DNA from: Lingula anatina
Taxonomy: Eukaryota; Animalia; Brachiopoda
Length of the DNA stretch: 64,000 bases
Assembly: GCA_051362555.1 (NCBI GenBank)
Contig: CM120640.1
Span: forward strand, 3,596,001-3,660,000
Direction of reading: 5' to 3'
The notes under the pieces were generated by a model, which saw nothing but the letters and a program-made list of their open reading frames with translations, was not told the origin of the DNA and did not search any database. This document shows positions 50,501-64,000 of this stretch, piece by piece. Position 1 is the first letter of the stretch, and each line of letters starts with the position of its first letter. The position numbers were made by a program, and so were the translations under genes.

Positions 50501-53500
50501 GATAGTCAAGACAAAGGAAAAAGCAGTTAAGTAATGTCACTTAACTGTTACTGAGAACAAAAGGAAATAGATCACATAATGCGCTAACTCAAGGCAACAA
50601 TCTGTTGACTGTGTACTTAAATACTATCAGGATACACAGGTTCCGGATTAAGAACACATTTCAAGATGTTTGAAGTGTGCTTATTTATAATTCAGGAGCC
50701 AAGCACTTAAAAGACCATATAAAATTACAGAAATTTTCTCACCAACTGCTTTTCATTGTTTCATTCAAAAGATTAGCTATAAATTTACTCCAACCAAAGG
50801 ACCTCTGTATTTGATCCACAGAGAAATGTTAAAACCAGAAAAGCACAAAAGCATACTTATAAATATATCAATCTAAAAATTACTACCAAAGATGGCATAC
50901 AGATAACATTCGCATACAAAGTTTCTCTTTGTACTTTCATCAAAGTCTTCCGTCTGTTCAGTTTAGTCCTAGTGATTGAAAGTATGATATGAACCAGCAG
51001 ATCGAACCACCCTGGCTTTTGAATTGAGAACCCCACATTTAGTGAAAATACCACCAAAGAAGTGTTAGAAAATACAACACCAAGGACTCATTCCCAAGTT
51101 AACTATTGTTTTATGTAGCTCCATCCATGGGGGCTCTTGCTGAATGCAGTCAGATTAACTGATTAACACTCCTCCTCTTGACTTTGAGTAGAATGCAGAA
51201 AAGCAGGTGATTATACAAATATGTTGGAAACAAGAGGAGAAGGTGTGTTGATTTGTTTATCTGACGTTAGAGTTGGATCAATGTACAAAGAACCACCCAA
51301 GCTTCATTGGGAATGAGCCGTAAGGGCACAATACCACCAAAGAAGTGCCAGAAAGTAACTACACTAATTGTAAATGGGTTTTCAGTCCCTACTGCCTGAC
51401 CCTGCTGCTGCTGCTCATCACCTGGCTCGGTGGGACCCCAGCCCAGTCGCAGAGTCGAAGTACATGTGCCAGTATGGAGTTTCGCAAGCTGTCCCCAGAG
51501 CTGCAGAATGAACACACCTGCCTCTTGCTGGAGCAGATCAAACAGGAGATGCAACAGGACAAAGAGGACAGGCAGAATTTATTCAGGAGCATTTTAGGGT
51601 GAGTGCTCACACAGTAGGGCAGGGTCACCGGTTTTGGTAATTGATTCAGAAACCTTGGTATAGTGTTTTAAATAAATGGTATTATTTAATATAAATTTGA
51701 AATTGGTCTTTTTGGTCTGGAAATCAAAATCTGCTCTAATGGCATATTTTTCTCACCAGTGAGTTGCCTTCATCCTCTTAGATATCTATTTGACAATATT
51801 CCTTTCCAGTTGATCTACTTTATTGGGACATCAACATCCCTACAAGGAGGTTTTATCTTGTGAAAGTTACCAACATCTAACATGACTGATGTTAAAATTT
51901 TTCCAAACACAAGTTTTTCATTGGGTCATTTGCCTTCAGGTCTACTGGTACTCTTCATAATGTTTCATTAGCAGAAAAAGCCTTTATGGAAAATTACCAG
52001 ATCCCAATATTTTATAAATAAACATCACACATTTGCCAGAAGATTACAACTCATTCATGTAACTTTACACAGCTGATGAGATGTTTGGATGGCATTTGAG
52101 TCTGATCACCAACCAGATGGTAGACTTTTTCTTGTGAAGCTTGTCCAACAAAAAGGGTTTGCATGTTTCAAAAATATTTCAAATGGGTTTATTGTAAAAA
52201 AAAAAAAAAAAGAAAAAACATATTTTCAATTGTACATATATATATATATATAATATTTCAAAAGACATATTTTAGACTAAATCAGAAAATAAAATATATT
52301 CTTGGAGCAATAACATCCAAGTTTTACCATTTAGAGCAAACCCCAAATCCCGCCATTGCATTCAACAAGCTGTTTTCCATCAGTTTAAAACAGTCGCATT
52401 GGTATTGTTCTCATGCGAAGGTCAGTCTGCAGGCTCAACCCCAGCCTTTCACAACGCTAGTTTTAATTGGGTGCAGGTATCACACTGCCCTATTATTGCA
52501 AATAAACCAGATTATATACCAAGACAAGGCCCCCAGTCAGCTGCCTGGTAACACAAAATGTGATTGCAAGAGAACAACATTAAGTGACATCTGAAACTGA
52601 TAGACTGTATGTCCAGTAGTCCACACACTGGCAAGCACCCCATGGCTTGTCCAGAAGAATAACCTGCACTGTGTTGCACATATGGTCAATTGTGTCATAA
52701 AACCCCTTGAACCTGAAGCTAGAGCTTTAAAGAGGTTAGGGCTACCACCTGAGTATGAACCACCGGCTGGGAGTGTGTTTGAAAGTGAGGCAATCTTTCC
52801 AGTTTGTTCACCATTTTTTTTTTGCAGAGAACTTGTATGTTATGAGAAGAATTTGAAGCACCTGAAGGGCAAATAATTATTTGAAATATGCAGGGTTTGG
52901 ACAAAGTATAAAACAGCTGTGGAAATGCACCGATTAACCCCAAATCAGATCAGATTCGTTCTGAAGGTACAAAAATGTAACTTGATGCTTAAGATGTTAA
53001 AGTTTGTGTTAAATGGTGGACACAAACTTACAACAAATAAAAAGTGGTTGATTTTCCATTTGACCTGAAAATGTGTTAAGGTCCAAGTCAAGCAAAAATA
53101 TGACTTAAAAAATTCTTTCTATATCATTTTCACCTTAAATGTGTACACGTACAGTGTTATAACCATACCCTGGTTTAGGAGAGCCGTCTTCTACAATTAA
53201 AAGTATTAGAATTCCCAAACCATTGTCATTGTAAACCACATCAAATGGTCTCCAAAGCTAATCATAGGATGGTTAACTATTTAACAAAGAAGATAAAAAC
53301 TTTTGGATCAACAATGGGTGAAGGACACTCCATTTATTTGGCTAAAATATGGTACTACACAAGTGTCATTTATCTGGCACATGTACAAGGTGAACCTCTA
53401 TACATATTTAGGGTAGAAATGTGCAGTCTTCCCTTAAAATTCAGCTGTAAAATGAGACACAGATGTGGAAAAATTTTGCCAAATTTAGAGAACCACAAAG

Positions 53501-56500
53501 CTACATGCTTGTGTATAATACTCGTCAGAACAGGAGAAAGAGTACGTGTCTGTAATATGCAGTATTAATGTTCGAAAAAAACAAAAAAGAAAACACTTTT
53601 CAGTATTTTCAGTCTTACTCTTTTCTACATTGTTGAAGCATTTTCAGCAAAGTGTTGACACAGTATTATTAACAGCTGATATATTTACACATTATACCAG
53701 TATGATGCCTTTTTTGTTATGGTTAACCCTGAAAAAAATACTGATTCTGTTTTCAATGCCAATGTTACTTGCAGGGTTCTGACAGCAGTAGAAAAGAAGC
53801 TTGGAATAGTAAAAGATATGGCCAAAGAACAGTTTGCCAAAGATTCTGCCAAAGCACTGTTCTATATACCAAGAGATCTCCCTTTAAAATTAGGTAAGCA
53901 AACATACAGATTTGTTTAATTCAAGATTCCCTCATGAGTAAAATGTAAATAATTATCAAGAAAACAATAAATAAACAATTGATAACCCATCTTCTTAAAC
54001 TACATCCATGCCATGTACGAAGCTGTGTGAAAATGGGTTACTTACAGAGTTTTTTATGTGTTGAAAAAAATTTTTCAATTTTTATTATAATTAATTATAT
54101 ATATATATATATTGGGGGGGGGGGGTGATATATGTTCATTTTTAAATTATCCAAAACAACGTATATTTTTAACAATATTAAAATCTCTGTGGGGCCCACA
54201 CATACATCTCTGCTATCAGGCGTTACCTAGATGTTCTTACATTTTAAAGTTTCTTTTATACAAGTTGTACAGTTGTGTTTAAAGCATGGCTCAATTAAAT
54301 AAGACAAACATTATTAATGAAATACAAATCTAATTTTATTTTGACACATGGAAGTGCTTTGTTCCGTTTCAAAACCTGTTTTTTTTTTTCTTACCTGTTT
54401 TTCTCCAGTCAATTTTTATATCTTATATGTTGACATGTTATATGCAGGAAAGTGGTTTGTAACACTATTCTTGCAGAATTAGTCATCTATTAGCATACAA
54501 ATTACAAATAAGTTAAAAGTTAAATCAATGGCATTTCCTTCTTTCTTTGAAAAAGAAATAAGTGTGGGCACAGATGTGTATTTTCCTTAAGTTTTTAATT
54601 CCCCAAATTTAAAAGGACAACAGTACAGTGCCAAAATAAATCATTCTCTTGAAACTTATGTAAATGTTTTACTTGAATGATTACGTTAGTCATGATTTTC
54701 TAGCCCTTGGAATACAAGTAGTTTTAAGTTATATAATAGAAAAGTGAACAAATTTATGTTGTTTTGAATTTTTGTAATTATAGATTGTATGGATCTACTT
54801 CGCACTGGCAAAATTCACAAGTCAGGAGTCTATCCTCTCAGGATGGATAATGGTGAGATCAACTTGGTACGCTGCGATATGGACTCTGAAGGTGGAGGGT
54901 GGACAGTAATACAACGCCGTGCTGATGGCTCTGTAAATTTCACTCGCTTTTGGAATGAATACAAGGAGGGTTTTGGCGATCCCAACACAGAATTTTGGCT
55001 TGGTCTTGAAAAAATTCACCGCATGACAAATGGGAAGCAATATGGTCTGAGAATTGATATGTGGGACTGGGAAGGCAATAAGGCTTATGCATTTTATGAA
55101 AAATTTGTGGTGGATAGCGAGGAATACAACTACCGCCTGCATGCCAGCGGGTACCATGGAACGGCAGGAGACTCCATTAACACATATCACGATAATGTAA
55201 TGTTCAGCACCCCAGACAGTGACAATGATGACTGGTACGGACATTGTGCAAAGAAGGATGCCTCGGGATGGTGGTTCAAAGACTGCAGTTACGCCTCATT
55301 AAATGGACAATATAACGAAGGTGGGAGAAGTCGTATTGGCCCCGATGGCCTCTTCAGTGGAATTCATTGGTACCATTGGAAAGAGGATTATACCTACTCT
55401 CTGAAGCAAGTGGAAATGAAAATTAAGCCAATTAAAGACTTCTAGTGCTGTAGGTAATCTATAATCCATGTTTGGGCTGACAGGGGCCAAGCACCTTTAT
55501 TTTAGGAGTATCAGAACAAAAAATTACTATCTCCATGCATTCATATACATCACATCCATTGCACTGCTAATTCACTTACATTATTCAAAGAAACTACAAA
55601 GATCATAGAATAAGGACCATGAATATTTCATTAGATATCATTCCATTCTGACACCCGTAGAACTCTATTTGGAAATGCAACCATGTTTGGATAAGTTATT
55701 TTGCTACTCATAAAATGTAAATAGGTCTCATAGAAGAAACCCTTGGTCTTTGATATCCACACGTACATAAGCCATAAGTATTTTAATGTAGATAATTTAA
55801 GTTCTATCTTTCACACTTTGTTAAAGCCAGCACACCAACAGTCCCTTGAGGGATATAATGAAAATCTATTCAACATACTCCTTGGCCCTTTTGACATCAA
55901 GAAGTATACTTCAGCATTGTACCATGTTTAGGTTGTACTGATACACTTAAATGGCCTGGTTATGAGTCACCTTATTGGAGCCTACTATATGCACTCAACA
56001 CTGCCAATCTATTTAACTATAAACAACAGGAATCAAAAAAGGTGAAAGGGAGTAAACCCACTAGGATGTAATGGCATGTGTAAGTCAGGACCTCTAAAAG
56101 TGTACCGGTATACCATGTGTCACTCTTTTATGACTTAAAAGTATATCACTTGTGAAATGGGCCTCAGACAGTATGAGCAAGAAGTCTTGTAACCACATGA
56201 ATCATGTACAGTAATGCTTCTGTATATCCAAATATATACATGTAACTATTCTATTAACCGTGTATGTGGGGCAAAATGGCTGTTGTGGTTTTATGTGCAA
56301 TTGATGAGTTTATTTGCCATCCTAGTAAACTAATATTCCTAAAAAGATGTTTTCGTTTGTCTAAAAAGGTCTGTTATTTCTTTCAAAATGTGTGAAAACT
56401 TGTTGTGCTTTCTATCTAAGCAAAAAGTTCCAAGAGCAAATTATGATTGGCAGCAGCAATGGGAAATTCTTGTTATCATTTATTTTATTTTTGAGGGAAG

Positions 56501-59500
56501 GGGGTGGTTTTCCACTGGGGCACAGACTTGGATTTACCTTCAGGTTGCTATGTGTAAGCAGTCTAAAATCTGATTTGACTTCAAACTGGCAAAATGAAAA
56601 TATATATTCAAATACCATATCTCATAGTGAGGGTCAAAATCCACTAGTCCGGGTTTAGGTCTTTGGCTAAAGTTGAAATCACACTTCTGGAACTAACTAA
56701 GATGTAAATGTTTGTAATATAAACCCTAAGTGCTTAATGCTGTTCTAATTAGCCTCCAGTTTTACTTCATCCTTTGCCTGTTTTCTTTGACCTGCCCAAG
56801 GGCAATATTTCTTCACAATACCAGCTATACAACCTAGGTGGAGTTTTTCTGAGGTATTTTACTCCAGACAGAGACTTGTATCCAGCACAAGCTCTGAAAC
56901 TTGAAATAATACATGGAACAGAGCACAGTGATTATATATGTGCTGACCATCTCTGATGATGATGTTTTTTAAAATTGCACCCACGTAGAATTTTTTTGAA
57001 TGCTTATTGTTGTGAGGACAAAAAAATCATATTTATAATTTATTTTTTCTTTTAAAATTTCCATTTTTAATGCGTACACAGCCAGTGATCTCATATTGTT
57101 TGATAAAATCTATTGCAAAAAGTGTTCTATCTTTCTTGATTAGGTGAAAGTGCCTCATCACTTGTTTGACATTTTCTTTCAAATAGTCTAAACAATTCAC
57201 CTATTACAAAGTATTTTAAATCTCCTTAATTGCCACAGTCAATTGTTTTTTCAAAGTTTAAAAGTTTCCCAAAAGAAATATAAAACTAGTGGTACTACAC
57301 AGAACGTCCCTGACAAACCACAAGTATGTTTCTGCAGGATTTTTTTTAAACTTCAGCTCTCTACTCTCCTAACGCTGCACAGTTTTCTCAGCATACTGAA
57401 TACTTCATTCATGGAGCCTTGAAGAGAATTACTATATTGGATTAAGTAAATTGATCTTGATAAGAGCCACTCAGTAAACCCCAGCTCCATGGCAGGTGGC
57501 AGTGTTCACAGTAATGGCTAGAACTGGTGGCATTTGCTGGGCAATTTTTAGAAATTTGTAGCTGTAAGTGGGTACTATTTAGGATGGAATTTAAGAATTA
57601 AAGTGAAAAATTTAAATTTGCTTCAGGTGCTTTGGTTTGTATAATCTCCAGGGATGCTCGAAATTGACAGAATTTCTCTCAAAGTGATGCTCTATACCTA
57701 AATGCATGCCAGAGTTCAGAGACAAGGTGAATTCTTGAGGCTTTGTACAGATGTTTTGTTTAAGAAACCTGGAGACATGGCCAACCCCCAAACAACTTGT
57801 TTTGCCAGAGAAATGCAGGGAACTAATTGCTGCTTTCCAACTGCTGATGTAAAATACAATTTGTTGAGAAAATACCAAGTGTTTATAAAATGGGTATACA
57901 GCACAATGCTACTGAAAAACAAGAGAACAATTCTTAGGAACATTTTGTACACATGCAGCATGTCCAACATTTGTGTCAATAATATTATGGTTGCCATGGC
58001 AATTTTGTCATATGTCTAGCAAATGTGTCAACATGTCCACACCTGTCATAGTAACACTGTCATGTGTCCAGCATTTGTGTCAATATATTTTCCATTGCCA
58101 TTTCAACATTTTGAAAAGGCAAAAAAACAAAACCAGTTTTCACAATTAATCTTTATCATTTCTAATCAAAAAGGTTATTTGCCATGTTTCAGAGACATGC
58201 AACAAAAATGTGTAAGAGAAAATACCTGAGTTAGAAAAAATGTAAAATTGGGTTACAACAAAACTGTAGTCAATTTGTCAAATGGTGTTATGTGTACTTT
58301 GTGACAGCGCCATAAATCAAATACCCTGCAAGTCCAGAGAGCTCAGGATTTCCTGCATTAAAAACCTGTTCCATTGTTTTCCCCAATTTTTTTACTATTA
58401 GTTCCCCCACAAGCATCAGTTAACATCTTATCATAAACAGAACAACTGTTTTATGTGTTGTACATAATATTTCATATCTTATGTATCAAGTCCGCTAAAG
58501 TTGGCAAACATGCCACCCAGTGGCTGCATTAAAGCTGGATAAGTAACACTGATCTGGCTGTACGTAAAACTTAACAGCTGAAGAAAGTGGCAACGAATTC
58601 ACATCTTGCTTTCTACCAGAATCTTAATATGAAAAGGAAATGAAAAAGTTAACATTTCCGAATGATATAGGACCCATGGAATTGTCCTGCTCTGGTGAAC
58701 CAATGCACCATGGCATATATTTCTCTTCTAAGGCCACTAAAGCAGCTGTCCTGGTGATATATGAACTCTCACTTATAGGTCACTGTTCTGCCAAGTTTAC
58801 ACAGAGTGACTTGAGCCAATGGTAGGCAAAAATTGGTGGTTTTCCTTTTCCTGACACAAATTTTCTAAATAATGTAATGGCTTATTTGATCTTTTCAATG
58901 CAAAAAATTATGAATTTTACAAATACTGAACTTTTTGAAGATTTTCAAAATTAGAAGACTCCTATATAGTGGTAGCAACAAACTGAAAAGCAAGTCACCC
59001 TATGGTTCTTTTTTATTCAGAAAAAAAGCACCAGGGATGCTACACATATTTTTAATGATTCTAAAATAATATATCTGAAAAACTGTTCATTTTTTCCCAC
59101 TGGAAATATCAAGTCATTACTGAAGGACAATAAAGAACACTGTCTGACTGCACCACCTATTTTGTTTGAAAAAACTTTCATTTATGCTCCATTGTGAAGT
59201 CAAGTTGATCTAGAACTGATATGATAAATACAATTTCTATAACACAATTCTGATCATCTCTCTAATCAAGAAGTGCATGTAAATGGTGAACAAATAAGTT
59301 TGCTGATATTTCCATGACAGAATCATGACAAGGATTTCATTGGATGCGTCAAGAACGTAAGAGTATACAATCCTTGATAAAACATTCTCACCACATTCTA
59401 TCACTGAGCTATGAAACCAAGTGGTGAAATTGGCACTTTCAACAAGTAACACATCATTTCAGACCATTAAGAAATGCTTGGAAGAGGAAAACTGGCTCCA

Positions 59501-62500
59501 CTTCAAAAGAAGAAGGCGACAGGAGCTGCCATGCTGGTTGGGAACCTAAGCCTGATTTCACCTAACTTCACCGTAATGTTACACTTGGTATTTGTACATG
59601 TATTTGATGTGCATGTGCTAGTACAATCAGACAAAAAAAAAAAAAAAAAAAAAAAAACCATACACTCTAGCACTCCAGAGGGACTCCAATTTTGGACTCT
59701 CTTACTCATCCCCCTCTTTTTTCACTAAAATTGCTAAATTAAAAAGTCAAACTCACAGATTTTTATATATTAATTATATTAACAAATGAGCTGGAAGCAA
59801 AATGGAATTTCACTGAAATGGAATAATTTCTAAACTTGTCCTGGTCACAAACAACCTTCACATAGGTTGAGATACACTGCATTAATGCCACAAAAACCAT
59901 TTATCTTTATAATCTACTTTCTATCTCAATTTTCAAACCAGCTGAGCTAACACTTATGCCCTTGACCAACCCTGCTGGGCTCTCTTGAGGAGCGTCATCT
60001 ATCAATCAATTTATCTCATAATCCAGACCAGTTGGCAGTCTACATGTACTTCTGACCAAATGTGACTAGTTTGTTTTATGTGCTTCAACTGCAATGGTTT
60101 TATAGAAAAGTCAACTCCATATTGCATACCCCAGACTATCAACATACATCAGAGACCATTAATTTGTATTAATGCCACCACTTGACTGAACCAAAGAGTT
60201 TCTATTAAAACTATTTGACTTTTACCACATTTATTTCTACGGTATCACAACTCCCCCCCCCCCTCCCCCCATCCCCACCATCTCCACTTTAAGTAGCTCC
60301 CTCTATATTTCTTACTTTTATACTGACAGTACCCCTGGGTATAATGTTGAACTCTGTGGCATCCAGGCAGCGCTTACAGGTCTCACTTACATGGATCTGG
60401 TCAGCCTGAAAGAGAAAATCAACTAGGATGTATAATGTTGAACTATGTGGCATCCAGGCAGTGCTTACAGGTCTCACTCACATGGATTTGGTCAGCCTGA
60501 AACAGAACATCAGCAAGGTTGTGTAATGTTGTTTTGATTGCCTGCAAATACTAAAACCATTTATTATGACTTTTGCAAGTTAATGAAGAACGTATTAGGA
60601 CTGGCTGAATTTAGCTTTATACATATGTGATCATTTGAAAGCAGTAGACTGACGAGAGCATCCGCTGCATGTATAGCTCTATTTGCATGTGTGTAACAAA
60701 AAAGACCACCTTTATTCCACAAACTAACTTTTTTCAGTGATAACCAGCACTTTACTGAATAACCTGAAAAGTGTTATTAATAATAATAAAAAAGAACCAT
60801 CAGTTTTTCCCTATTATCAGTGTTATTTTGAAATAAGAAAAGAAATCTTCATTAAAACTTTAAAAGTAAAATTTTGAAAGACCCTGCAGTCAAATTAAGT
60901 GTGTGCACCTGTATGTGTGAACAAACATACACACATTTCCTTGTTTTTTAGGAACATCTAAATTTCTCTTATGTTAAAATCAAGACTGCATAGAAAGTAA
61001 CTAAATGCTGTACACACAACACAGATATGAATGCGTTAGAGAAGATCTCACAATGCTGTGATTACATCACAATTCTTAAGCACACCCAAACACATTCAAT
61101 GAAATCTTGTGTGTGTATTTCTTTTATTTAAAACATATTCTCTATTTCACTGCAGTAGAAGTTAGGTATATATTACTCCCTTACCCTCATCAAGTCCAAG
61201 TCATCTTATACATGCTAACATATTCAAGAGCACACTATTAAAATGCATTTCATATATATATTGTGCTCTAATAGTACTTACTTCTCCATGTGTTTGCATC
61301 CTAGCTGCTGTGTTGACAGTATCACCAAATAGACAGTATTGAGGCATCCTCTTACCCACCACACCTGCCACTATACCCCCTGTGTGCATGCCTAAAATGT
61401 CAATTGTTACCCCAATCAAATATATATATAATATGGATTATATTTGATGGCCAATGTGCTGTACTGAATCTTCCTGTCAACTATAAATTGAACCATCAGT
61501 GGACATACCTGAAGTAAAGGTAATTACAGCTCAGTAAAGAAATTGGCCATGAAATATCGCTTCTTAAACATCTGGAACAACAAGAACTAGTTACAGGTTT
61601 TACAAGATTAGTGGTACAGTGAATGTCTCTAGTGTTTACAATTGAAGTTACTAGGAAATCCTCAATTCATCATGGGACTTGGGAGCAAACTCACATAACT
61701 GTACACTGTAAACTTGCAAATTTAAACCGATTTCTGTAAAATTCTATTTACCAGCTCTTAGTAGAAAATGATTTCCTGGTTTGTCCGGGTTCCTTAGTGT
61801 TTTCACTTTCTCTAGCAGTTCTAACACACAGTGTGCCACATTAGCAGCATGGTTGGGCTCTCTGTCAGGCACTCCTCCTGCTACCATGTAGACAGCATCA
61901 CCCAGGGTCTCCACCTGTTTCAAATGCATTTAAATATGCAAATAAATACGTATAAAAAAATCAATACAAAAAATATTGTAGAACTATGCTGAATGCCACC
62001 CTGCATAGGGTTCAAGTGGCAAAATATTTTAAAACTTGCTCACATCATTTTTTTTTTTCATGTAATAACCTTGGACATATTATGTCCAAGTACTAACTAA
62101 TCTTTTGAATTGTGAATTCTAAATATTAAAAAGTTTGATATTTTAAAAACCCTTTTATTTTCATGTTACAAAGTCACTTTTGGGATTTAATTACTAAAAA
62201 ACAAAAATCTCACTAAGTCCTTATAAATAAATCAATAAAAAATAAATTTGCTTGACAATTCCATTAACTAAGATGGGACTTAATTTTTGTGTGGTGTAGC
62301 ACCTCCACTAATGTTCTGATACCAGTGGTGAAGAAAACTTACTTTGAAAACTTTGTATTTGTCACTGACACTGTCAAACAGAGTGAAGGCACTATTGATC
62401 ACTTGGACAGACTCCATGGCGCTGACATGTGCACATACCTCTGTGAACCCAATAAGGTAGCTGAAGCCTATGGTCACAGAGTCAAACACCTGAAATACAA

Positions 62501-62888
62501 GGTTTTAAAATGCTCCTTTTTTACATCAGTTTAATCACTTATTCCCCATCATCCATTTAACCACGTATTGCTTCTTCTCCTTCTTTTTCATTTCTTTGAG
62601 GAAAAAATAACAAAATTTAAAATTATTTCAAAAGATATTTCACAAATAACACATTTGTTTTTTCTTTTTCATTTTGAGATATGCCCATTTTCCATAAATT
62701 ATATAATACTTCACCATATACCTATAGTTTCCCTCACTCACCTCACAAGTGTTGATGGGGTCCTCCCCATTCTTCAGCCGGACAGCTATAGACTTTGGGA
62801 TCATAGAGTACAGCAGAGACTCCGACTTCTGTTTCCATTCATCCAATTTCTTCATGTTATCTGTTATGTGTTCCACCTCTTCAACTTG
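47573..62888 (-). CDS. Atypical soluble guanylate cyclase (Gyc88E/89D-like), 3' part; 5' exons probably lie beyond the window
   Basis: Exons 62888-62742 ([25 protein letters not shown]), 62489-62343, 61914-61752 ([14 protein letters not shown]), 61391-61282 ([19 protein letters not shown]), 60405-60316, 48502-48375 ([10 protein letters not shown]), 48181-48111 and 47646-47573 (stop). Splice phases are consistent. Confidence 0.92.
49879..55445 (+). CDS. Secreted fibrinogen-related protein (signal peptide + coiled coil + FBG/FReD domain; angiopoietin-like/ficolin-like architecture)
   Basis: Exons 49879-49883 (ATGAG|GTAAGT), 51386-51598, 53775-53893 and 54784-55445 join in frame: [18 protein letters not shown]... 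then [66 protein letters not shown]. Confidence 0.93.
51084..51320. mobile_element. Diverged MITE of the same family as 6481-6738
   Basis: GGACTCATTCCCA / TGGGAATGAGCCG termini with CAA/TAA flanks and shared internal sequence. Confidence 0.7.
60340..60531 (-). repeat. 91-bp tandem duplication of an intron/exon (acceptor) junction of the guanylate cyclase gene
   Basis: 60340-60430 and 60431-60521 are close copies. Each contains TTTCAG|GCTGACCA; exon starts are 60405 and 60496. Confidence 0.9.
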
Positions 62889-63046
62889 CTGAAAATATTG
62901 GAACACTCACTGTCAATATCATGTTTTATTAGGATATAAAATTCATTACCTCTGCCTTTGATTTTAATAGCCTTTCTCAAAAAGTTACAGGTGGATTTTA
63001 AGAAAAATTATACCTGTAAGAGAGGCCAGAAATCAATCAAATCAAC

Positions 63047-63081
<35 letters not shown>

Positions 63082-63593
63082 TAATGAGGAAGGGTGTGCT
63101 CTCTAATTGCTTTTTTAGTTAGTTAAACATTTTCCTGTAAATATTAATGTTTCTTTTGTACATGTTGAACTGCATGATAACTGCATTGCTCAGCGAACAA
63201 AGTGTCTTTTTCATAAAGCTAATCTTTAAAACTTGGAAACAGACAGGAAATGATTTTATAGTGACAGGGAAGTGACAGAGCACACACATTATATAGCAGA
63301 TAGTAAACCACTATGGTGTCAATCAAGTTATAATTTTGTAAGGTAAACCTTCAAACTGACAGTCAATGCCAACGTAATTAAATATCAAGTTTTACTTAGT
63401 CAATAATATTGATTGATGCAGTGTTATTGTAAAATGATTAAAAATGACAATGGGGACAGAGACACAAGTTTGATATGACTTGTTTCTTTATAAATATCTG
63501 AAGGTTTTATTAGTACACATCTTGGTTTGCTATACATTACTGACAATGTGTTCTGCAACCAGAGGTCAGAAAATAAAACTTTACTTTAAAGGG

Positions 63594-63686
63594 TATGTGT
63601 TCGTATGTACACCCATGTGTGCATGTGTATGTGCGTGCATGTCTACATATGCGTGCATGTGCATGTGTGTGTGTGTGTGTGTGTGT
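63594..63686. repeat. (GT)n-rich microsatellite; a (CA)n tract also lies at 31949-31981
   Basis: Read directly from the sequence. Confidence 0.9.
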
Positions 63687-64000
63687 AAAAGAGGGGGCTA
63701 TAATTTTTTGTTAAATTTAATGTTAAAGCCAAAAGGAGTTTTTGATTGTGTATGTTCAGTTTCAGTTAAAATGAAAACCTGTCCAAAAACAGATTACAGA
63801 CACTGTAAGAGTCACATGACATTACCTCAAACTGCATTTTGTCATTTTCAGTCTATTCTTAATGAATACATCTGATTGGTTTCACTCCCTGGCTGTCCTA
63901 GCTTTAGATTCACATGAGAAATCTTGACATACAGGCGGATATTAAGTTTACCAAGAACCACTGGCCATCAACACAACTATTAACACCTGTCAATCAAGGG

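Noticed and set aside
52163-53568. ORFs of 107-143 aa inside the FReD gene introns
   Set aside because: Low-complexity AT-rich translations with no domain or compatible splice sites; the FReD exons join in frame without them.

Overview
This is AT-rich, intron-containing animal DNA (a marine invertebrate, probably a lophotrochozoan or mollusc, by inference); it is not prokaryotic. The left ~27 kb is a CpG-rich accessory region. It holds an orphan disordered protein gene and a tandem duplication (units 8137-19217 and 19218-27791, joined at a 4-bp microhomology). Each unit carries a two-exon gene for a 247/279-aa protein with a DDGYGS degron-like motif, a RHIM/cRHIM-like amyloid motif (ESQGVHVGDK) and a compact C-terminal alpha/beta domain that may be TRADD-N-like, followed by clustered NF-kB-type sites. 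This pair is the best candidate for an undescribed innate-immune amyloid-signalling module. The region also has two essentially identical 2.6-kb non-autonomous ISL2EU-like DNA transposons (AT TSD), a 5'-truncated L1/Tx1 LINE with a 15-bp TSD, many Tourist-like palindromic MITEs and Helentron-like elements. The right ~37 kb is CpG-depleted and holds conserved genes: TBC1D9 (minus, ~28 exons) head-to-head with mitochondrial glutaredoxin-2 (plus), and the 3' part of an atypical soluble guanylate cyclase (minus) whose 11.8-kb intron contains a complete secreted fibrinogen-related gene on the opposite strand. Two genes carry tandem amplifications of their own splice junctions (9x71 bp in TBC1D9, 2x91 bp in the cyclase). 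All calls were made by eye; no database search was run.
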